A stretch of 64,000 nucleotides of DNA, taken from positions 29,636,001 through 29,700,000 of the forward strand of contig OZ024758.1 of NCBI GenBank assembly GCA_964016885.1. The letters run 5' to 3'. Position numbers and translations under genes: made by a program. Source of the stretch: Eledone cirrhosa. Lineage: Eukaryota. This document shows positions 56,501-64,000 of the stretch, piece by piece (the stretch's first letter is position 1; each line of letters starts with the position of its first letter). The notes beneath the pieces were generated by a model. That model did not search any database. It saw only the letters and a list, made by a program, of their open reading frames with translations, and had not been told where the DNA came from.

Positions 56501-56870
56501 TTTGTTGTTGCTATCATAAAATTATTAGAAGTCATGTAAGTCTTTTTGTTGTTGCTATCATAAAATTATTGGAAGTCATGTAAGTCTTTTTGTTGTTGCT
56601 ATCATAAAATTATTGGAAGTCTTGTAAGTCTTTTTGTGGTTGTTATAATAAAATTATTGAAGTCATGTAAGTGTTTTTGTTGTTGGTATCATAAAATTAT
56701 TGGAAGTCATGTAAGTCTTTTTGTTGTTGGTATAAAATTATTGGAAGTAATGTAAGTCTTTTTGTTGTTGCTATCATAAAATTATTGGAAGTCATGTAAG
56801 TGTTTTTGTTGTTGCTATCATAAAATTATTGGAAGTCATGTAAGTCTTTTTGTTGTTGCTATCATAAAAT
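53600..56870 (+). repeat. Tandem duplication of 1,614 bp (37 monomers)
   Basis: AATGGAAGTC at 54091/55705 and GGTATAAAATT at 55115/56729. 37x44=1628 minus 14 bp of shared small deletions equals 1614. Confidence 0.9.
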
Positions 56871-56949
56871 TATTGGAAGTCTTGTAAGTTTTTTTGGTGT
56901 TGTTATAATAAAATTATTGAAGTCATGTAAGTGTTTTTGTTGTTGGTAT

Positions 56950-59900
56950 CATAAAATTATTGGAAGTCATGTAAGTCTTTTTGTTGTTGCTATCATAAAA
57001 TTATTGGAAGTCATGTAAGTCTCTTTGTTGTTGCTATCATAAAATTATTGGAAGTCATGTAAGTCTTTTTGTTGTTGCTATCATAAAATTTTTGTTAGTA
57101 ATGTAAGTTTTTTGTTGTTGCTATCATAAAATTATTGGAAGTCATGTCAGTCTTTTTGTTGTTGCTATCATAAAATTATTGGAAGTCATGTAAGTCTTTT
57201 TGTTGTTGCTATCATAAAAATATTGGAAGTCACGTAAGTCTTTTTGTTGTTGCTATCATAAAATTATAGGAAGTCATGTCAGTCTTTTTGTTGTTCCTAT
57301 CATAAAATTATTGGAAGTCATGTAAGTGTTTTTGTTGTTGCTATCATAAAATTATTGGAAGTAATGTAAGTCTTTTTGATGTTGCTATCATAAAATTATT
57401 GGAAGTCATGTAAGTCTTTTTGTTGTTGGTATCATAAAATTATTGGAAGTCATGTAAGTCTTTTTGTTGTTGGTATCATAAAATTATTGGAAGTCATGTA
57501 AGACTTTTTGTTGTTGCTATCATGAAATTATTGGAAGTCATGTAAGTCTTTTTGTTGTTGGTATCATAAAATTATTGGAAGTCATGTAAGTCTTTTTGTT
57601 GTTGGTATCATAAAATTATTGGAAGTCATGTAAGTGTTTTTGTTGCTATCATAAAATTATTGGAGGTCATATAAGTCTTTTTGTTGTTGCTATCATAAAA
57701 TTATTGGAAGTCATGTATGTCTTTTTGTTGTTGCTATCATAAAATTATTGGAAGTCATGTAAGTCTTTTTGTTGTTGGTATCATAAAATTATTGGAAGTC
57801 ATGTAAGTGTTTTTGTTGCTATCATAAAATTATTGGAAGTGATGTAAGTGTTTTTGTTGTTGCTATCATAAAATTATTAGAAGTCATGTAAGTCTTTTTG
57901 TTGTTGCTATCATAAAATTATTGGAAGTCATGTAAGTCTTTTTGTTGTTGCTATCATAAAATTATTGGAAGTCTTGTAAGTCTTTTTGTGGTTGTTATAA
58001 TAAAATTATTGAAGTCATGTAAGTGTTTTTGTTGTTGGTATCATAAAATTATTGGAAGTCATGTAAGTCTTTTTGTTGTTGCTATCATAAAATTATTGGA
58101 AGTCATGTAAGTCTCTTTGTTGTTGCTATCATAAAATTATTGGAAGTCATGTAAGTCTTTTTGTTGTTGCTATCATAAAATTTTTGTTAGTAATGTATTT
58201 TTTTTGTTGTTGCTATCATAAAATTATTGGAAGTCATGTCAGTCTTTTTGTTGTTGCTATCATAAAATTATTGGAAGTCATGTAAGTCTTTTTGTTGTTG
58301 CTATCATAAAAATATTGGAAGTCACGTAAGTCTTTTTGTTGTTGCTATCATAAAATTATTGGAAGACATGTAAGTCTTTTTGGTGTTGCTATCATAAAAT
58401 TATTGGAAGTCATGTAAGTCTTTTTGTTGTTGCTATCATAAAATTATTGGAAGTCATGTAAGTCTTTTTGTTGTTGCTATCATAAAATTATTGGAATTAA
58501 TGTAAGTCTTTTTGTTGTTGCTATCATAAAATTATTGGAAGTCATGTAAGTCTTTTTGTTGTGGCTATCATAAAATTATTGGAAGTCATGTAAGTCTTTT
58601 TGTTGTTGCTATCATAAAATTATTGGAAGTCATGTAAGTCTTTTTGTTGTTGCTATCATAAAATTATTGGAAGTAATGTAAGTCTTTTTGTTGTTGCTAT
58701 CATACAATTATTGGAAGTCATGTAAGTCTTTTTGTTGTTGCTATCTTAAAATTATTGGAAGTAATGTAAGTCTTTTTGTTGTTGCTATCATAAAATTATT
58801 GGAAGTCATATCAGTCTTTTTGTTGTTGCTATCATAAAATTATTGGAAGTCATGTAAGTCTTTTTGTTGTTGCTATCATAAAATTATTGGAAGTCATGTA
58901 AGTCATTTTGTTGTTGCTATCATAAAATTATTGGAAGTCATGTAAGTCTTTTTGTTGTTGCCATCATAAAATTATTTGAAGTAATGTAAGTGTTTTTGTT
59001 GTTGCTATCATAAAATTATTGGAAGTAATGTGTCTTTTTGTTGTTGCTATCATAAAATTATTGGAAGTAATGTAAGTCTTTTTGTTGTTGCTATCATAAA
59101 ATTATTGGAAGTCATGTAAGTCTTTTTGTTGTTGCTATTATAAAATTATTTGAAAGTCCTGTAAGTGTTTTTGTTGTTGCTATCATAAAATTATAGGAAG
59201 TCATGTCAGTCTTTTTGTTGTTCCTATCATAAAATTATTGGAAGTCATGTAAGTGTTTTTGTTGTTGCTATCATAAAATTATTGGAAGTAATGTAAGTCT
59301 TTTTGATGTTGCTATCATAAAATTATTGGAAGTCATGTAAGACTTTTTGTTGTTGGTATCATAAAATTATTGGAAGTCATGTAAGTCTTTTTGTTGTTGG
59401 TATCATAAAATTATTGGAAGTCATGTAAGTCTTTTTGTTGTTGGTATCATAAAATTATTGGAAGTCATGTAAGACTTTTTGTTGTTGCTATCATGAAATT
59501 ATTGGAAGTCATGTAAGTCTTTTTGTTGTTGGTATCATAAAATTATTGGAAGTCATGTAAGTCTTTTTGTTGTTGGTATCATAAAATTATTGGAAGTCAT
59601 GTAAGTGTTTTTGTTGCTATCATAAAATTATTGGAGGTCATATAAGTCTTTTTGTTGTTGCTATCATAAAATTATTGGAAGTCATGTAAGTCTTTTTGTT
59701 GTTGCTATCATAAAATTATTGGAAGTCATGTAAGTCTCTTTGTTGTTGCTATCATAAAATTATTGGAAGTCATGTAAGTCTTTTTGTTGTTGCTATCATA
59801 AAATTTTTGTTAGTAATGTAAGTTTTTTGTTGTTGCTATCATAAAATTATTGGAAGTCATGTCAGTCTTTTTGTTGTTGCTATCATAAAATTATTGGAAG

Positions 59901-62900
59901 TCATGTAAGTCTTTTTGTTGTTGCTATCATAAAAATATTGGAAGTCACGTAAGTCTTTTTGTTGTTGCTATCATAAAATTATTGGAAGTCATGTAAGTCT
60001 TTTTGGTGTTGCTATCATAAAATTATTGGAAGTCATGTAAGTCTTTTTGTTGTTGCTATCATAAAATTATTGGAAGTCATGTAAGTCTTTTTGTTGTTGC
60101 TATCATAAAATTATTGGAATTAATGTAAGTCTTTTTGTTGTTGCTATCATAAAATTATTGGAAGTCATGTAAGTCTTTTTGTTGTGGCTATCATAAAATT
60201 ATTGGAAGTCATGTAAGTCTTTTTGTTGTTGCTATCATAAAATTATTGGAAGTCATGTAAGTCTTTTTGTTGTTGCTATCATAAAATTATTGGAAGTAAT
60301 GTAAGTCTTTTTGTTGTTGCTATCATACAATTATTGGAAGTCATGTAAGTCTTTTTGTTGTTGCTATCTTAAAATTATTGGAAGTAATGTAAGTCTTTTT
60401 GTTGTTGCTATCATAAAATTATTGGAAGTCATATCAGTCTTTTTGTTGTTGCTATCATAAAATTATTGGAAGTCATGTAAGTCTTTTTGTTGTTGCTATC
60501 ATAAAATTATTGGAAGTCATGTAAGTCATTTTGTTGTTGCTATCATAAAATTATTGGAAGTCATGTAAGTCTTTTTGTTGTTGCTATCATAAAATTATTG
60601 GAAGTAATGTAAGTCTTTTTGTTGTTGCTATCATAAAATTATTGGAAGTCATATCAGTCTTTTTGTTGTTGGTATCATAAAATTATTGGAAGTCATGTAA
60701 GACTTTTTGTTGTTGCTATCATGAAATTATTGGAAGTCATGTAAGTCTTTTTGTTGTTGGTATCATAAAATTATTGGAAGTCATGTAAGTCTTTTTGTTG
60801 TTGGTATCATAAAATTATTGGAAGTCATGTAAGTGTTTTTGTTGCTATCATAAAATTATTGGAGGTCATATAAGTCTTTTTGTTGTTGCTATCATAAAAT
60901 TATTGGAAGTCATGTAAGTCTTTTTGTTGTTGCTATCATAAAATTATTGGAAGTCATGTAAGTCTCTTTGTTGTTGCTATCATAAAATTATTGGAAGTCA
61001 TGTAAGTCTTTTTGTTGTTGCTATCATAAAATTTTTGTTAGTAATGTAAGTTTTTTGTTGTTGCTATCATAAAATTATTGGAAGTCATGTCAGTCTTTTT
61101 GTTGTTGCTATCATAAAATTATTGGAAGTCATGTAAGTCTTTTTGTTGTTGCTATCATAAAAATATTGGAAGTCACGTAAGTCTTTTTGTTGTTGCTATC
61201 ATAAAATTATTGGAAGTCATGTAAGTCTTTTTGGTGTTGCTATCATAAAATTATTGGAAGTCATGTAAGTCTTTTTGTTGTTGCTATCATAAAATTATTG
61301 GAAGTCATGTAAGTCTTTTTGTTGTTGCTATCATAAAATTATTGGAATTAATGTAAGTCTTTTTGTTGTTGCTATCATAAAATTATTGGAAGTCATGTAA
61401 GTCTTTTTGTTGTGGCTATCATAAAATTATTGGAAGTCATGTAAGTCTTTTTGTTGTTGCTATCATAAAATTATTGGAAGTCATGTAAGTCTTTTTGTTG
61501 TTGCTATCATAAAATTATTGGAAGTAATGTAAGTCTTTTTGTTGTTGCTATCATACAATTATTGGAAGTCATGTAAGTCTTTTTGTTGTTGCTATCTTAA
61601 AATTATTGGAAGTAATGTAAGTCTTTTTGTTGTTGCTATCATAAAATTATTGGAAGTCATATCAGTCTTTTTGTTGTTGCTATCATAAAATTATTGGAAG
61701 TCATGTAAGTCTTTTTGTTGTTGCTATCATAAAATTATTGGAAGTCATGTAAGTCATTTTGTTGTTGCTATCATAAAATTATTGGAAGTCATGTTAATCT
61801 TTTTGTTGTTGCTATCATAAAATTATTTGAAGTAATGTAAGTGTTTTTGTTGTTGCTATCATAAAATTATTGGAAGTAATGTGTCTTTTTGTTGTTGCTA
61901 TCATAAAATTATTGGAAGTAATGTAAGTCTTTTTGTTGTTGCTATCATAAAATTATTGGAAGTCATGTAAGTCTTTCTGTTGTTGCTATTATAAAATTAT
62001 TTGAAAGTCCTGTAAGTGTTTTTGTTGTTGCTATCATAAAATTATAGGAAGTCATGTCAGTCTTTTTGTTGTTCCTATCATAAAATTATTGGAAGTCATG
62101 TAAGTGTTTTTGTTGTTGCTATCATAAAATTATTGGAAGTAATGTAAGTCTTTTTGATGTTGCTATCATAAAATTATTGGAAGTCATGTAAGACTTTTTG
62201 TTGTTGGTATCATAAAATTATTGGAAGTCATGTAAGTCTTTTTGTTGTTGGTATCATAAAATTATTGGAAGTCATGTAAGTCTTTTTGTTGTTGGTATCA
62301 TAAAATTATTGGAAGTCATGTAAGACTTTTTGTTGTTGCTATCATGAAATTATTGGAAGTCATGTAAGTCTTTTTGTTGTTGGTATCATAAAATTATTGG
62401 AAGTCATGTAAGTCTTTTTGTTGTTGGTATCATAAAATTATTGGAAGTCATGTAAGTGTTTTTGTTGCTATCATAAAATTATTGGAAGTGATGTAAGTGT
62501 TTTTGTTGTTGCTATCATAAAATTATTAGAAGTCATGTAAGTCTTTTTGTTGTTGCTATCATAAAATTATTGGAAGTCATGTAAGTCTTTTTGTTGTTGC
62601 TATCATAAAAATATTGGAAGTCACGTAAGTCTTTTTGTTGTTGCTATCATAAAATTATTGGAAGTCATGTAAGTCTTTTTGGTGTTGCTATCATAAAATT
62701 ATTGGAAGTCATGTAAGTCTTTTTGTTGTTGCTATCATAAAATTATTGGAAGTCATGTAAGTCTTTTTGTTGTTGCTATCATAAAATTATTGGAATTAAT
62801 GTAAGTCTTTTTGTTGTTGCTATCATAAAATTATTGGAAGTCATGTAAGTCTTTTTGTTGTTGCTATCATAAAATTATTGGAAGTCATGTAAGTCTTTTT

Positions 62901-64000
62901 GTTGTTGCTATCATAAAATTATTGGAAGTCATGTAAGTCTTTTTGTTGTTGCTATCATAAAATTATTGGAAGTAATGTAAGTCTTTTTGTTGTTGCTATC
63001 ATACAATTATTGGAAGTCATGTAAGTCTTTTTGTTGTTGCTATCTTAAAATTATTGGAAGTAATGTAAGTCTTTTTGTTGTTGCTATCATAAAATTATTG
63101 GAAGTCATATCAGTCTTTTTGTTGTTGCTATCATAAAATTATTGGAAGTCATGTAAGTCTTTTTGTTGTTGCTATCATAAAATTATTGGAAGTCATGTAA
63201 GTCATTTTGTTGTTGCTATCATAAAATTATTGGAAGTCATGTAAGTCTTTTTGTTGTTGCTATCATAAAATTATTTGAAGTAATGTAAGTGTTTTTGTTG
63301 TTGCTATCATAAAATTATTGGAAGTAATGTGTCTTTTTGTTGTTGCTATCATAAAATTATTGGAAGTAATGTAAGTCTTTTTGTTGTTGCTATCATAAAA
63401 TTATTGGAAGTCATGTAAGTCTTTTTGTTGTTGCTATTATAAAATTATTTGAAAGTCCTGTAAGTGTTTTTGTTGTTGCTATCATAAAATTATAGGAAGT
63501 CATGTCAGTCTTTTTGTTGTTCCTATCATAAAATTATTGGAAGTCATGTAAGTGTTTTTGTTGTTGCTATCATAAAATTATTGGAAGTAATGTAAGTCTT
63601 TTTGATGTTGCTATCATAAAATTATTGGAAGTCATGTAAGACTTTTTGTTGTTGGTATCATAAAATTATTGGAAGTCATGTAAGTCTTTTTGTTGTTGGT
63701 ATCATAAAATTATTGGAAGTCATGTAAGTGTTTTTGTTGCTATCATAAAATTATTGGAGGTCATATAAGTCTTTTTGTTGTTGCTATCATAAAATTATTG
63801 GAAATCATGTATGTCTTTTTGTTGTTGCTATCATAAAATTATTGGAAGTCATGTAAGTCTTTTTGTTGTTGGTATCATAAAATTATTGGAAGTCATGTAA
63901 GTGTTTTTGTTGCTATCATAAAATTATTGGAAGTGATGTAAGTGTTTTTGTTGTTGCTATCATAAAATTATTAGAAGTCATGTAAGTCTTTTTGTTGTTG
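56950..64000 (+). repeat. Terminal domain of variable-length (1.1-1.6 kb) related blocks
   Basis: Monomer with AAAATTTTTGTTAGT at 57077/58169/59792/61020 (offsets 1092, 1623, 1228). GTTGTGGCTA near 58560/60183/61411. The same downstream module order continues to the window end. Confidence 0.8.

Larger units (their letters stand above)
1..64000 (+). repeat. Satellite DNA: tandem array of a 44-bp AT-rich monomer, about 1,450 copies, single orientation, truncated by both window edges
   Basis: Seen directly: GCTATCATAAAATTATTGGAAGTCATGTAAGTCTTTTTGTTGTT starts at 1, 45, 89, 133 and continues to 64000. Most monomers differ from consensus by 0-3 changes. No intervening unique sequence seen. Confidence 0.99.

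Noticed and set aside
1-64000. CRISPR array
   Set aside because: Monomers abut directly with no unique spacers, there is no leader or cas gene, and variation consists of shared point variants.
1-64000. Repeat-encoded protein or endless ORF (as in DRT2/neo concatemers)
   Set aside because: 44 is not a multiple of 3. TAA at monomer positions 8 and 28 closes every + frame twice per 132 bp, and the - strand has TGA, TAA, TGA and TAG in every monomer.
1-64000. Open reading under a TAA-reassigned (ciliate-type) code, since the + consensus has only TAA stops
   Set aside because: Frequent 1-2 bp indels and TGA-creating variants (CATGAAA, TTTGAAG) are freely amplified, so there is no sign of coding constraint.
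1-64000. In vitro rolling-circle or sequencing concatemer artefact
   Set aside because: Variants are inherited in nested, ordered blocks at many different offsets, which indicates an evolutionary history rather than random error on one template. Local misassembly of individual blocks remains possible.
1-64000. Canonical telomerase-synthesised repeat
   Set aside because: No G-run motif, the unit is longer than telomerase repeats I know of, and variants propagate by block duplication rather than re-templating.

Overview
The whole 64,000-bp window is one uninterrupted head-to-tail tandem array of an AT-rich 44-bp monomer. The consensus is GCTATCATAAAATTATTGGAAGTCATGTAAGTCTTTTTGTTGTT (12 A, 20 T, 8 G, 4 C; 27% GC), giving about 1,450 copies (64,000/44). 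All copies are in the same orientation and the array runs off both ends of the window. I see no genes, RNA genes, transposons, CRISPR spacers or unique sequence. It looks like a eukaryotic satellite DNA array (centromeric, pericentromeric or subtelomeric), but I cannot name the organism or satellite family. The informative signal is in the monomer variants. Rare substitutions and indels recur in fixed order, revealing a small set of multi-monomer modules and a patchwork of local block duplications (offsets of about 0.4-4.8 kb, including an exact 45-mer of 1,980 bp) rather than one regular higher-order repeat. Offsets were counted by hand from marker variants and block boundaries are approximate. 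Functional ideas (near-perfect U1 5' splice-site motif in each monomer, nucleosome-length tetramer, G/T strand skew) are inference only.
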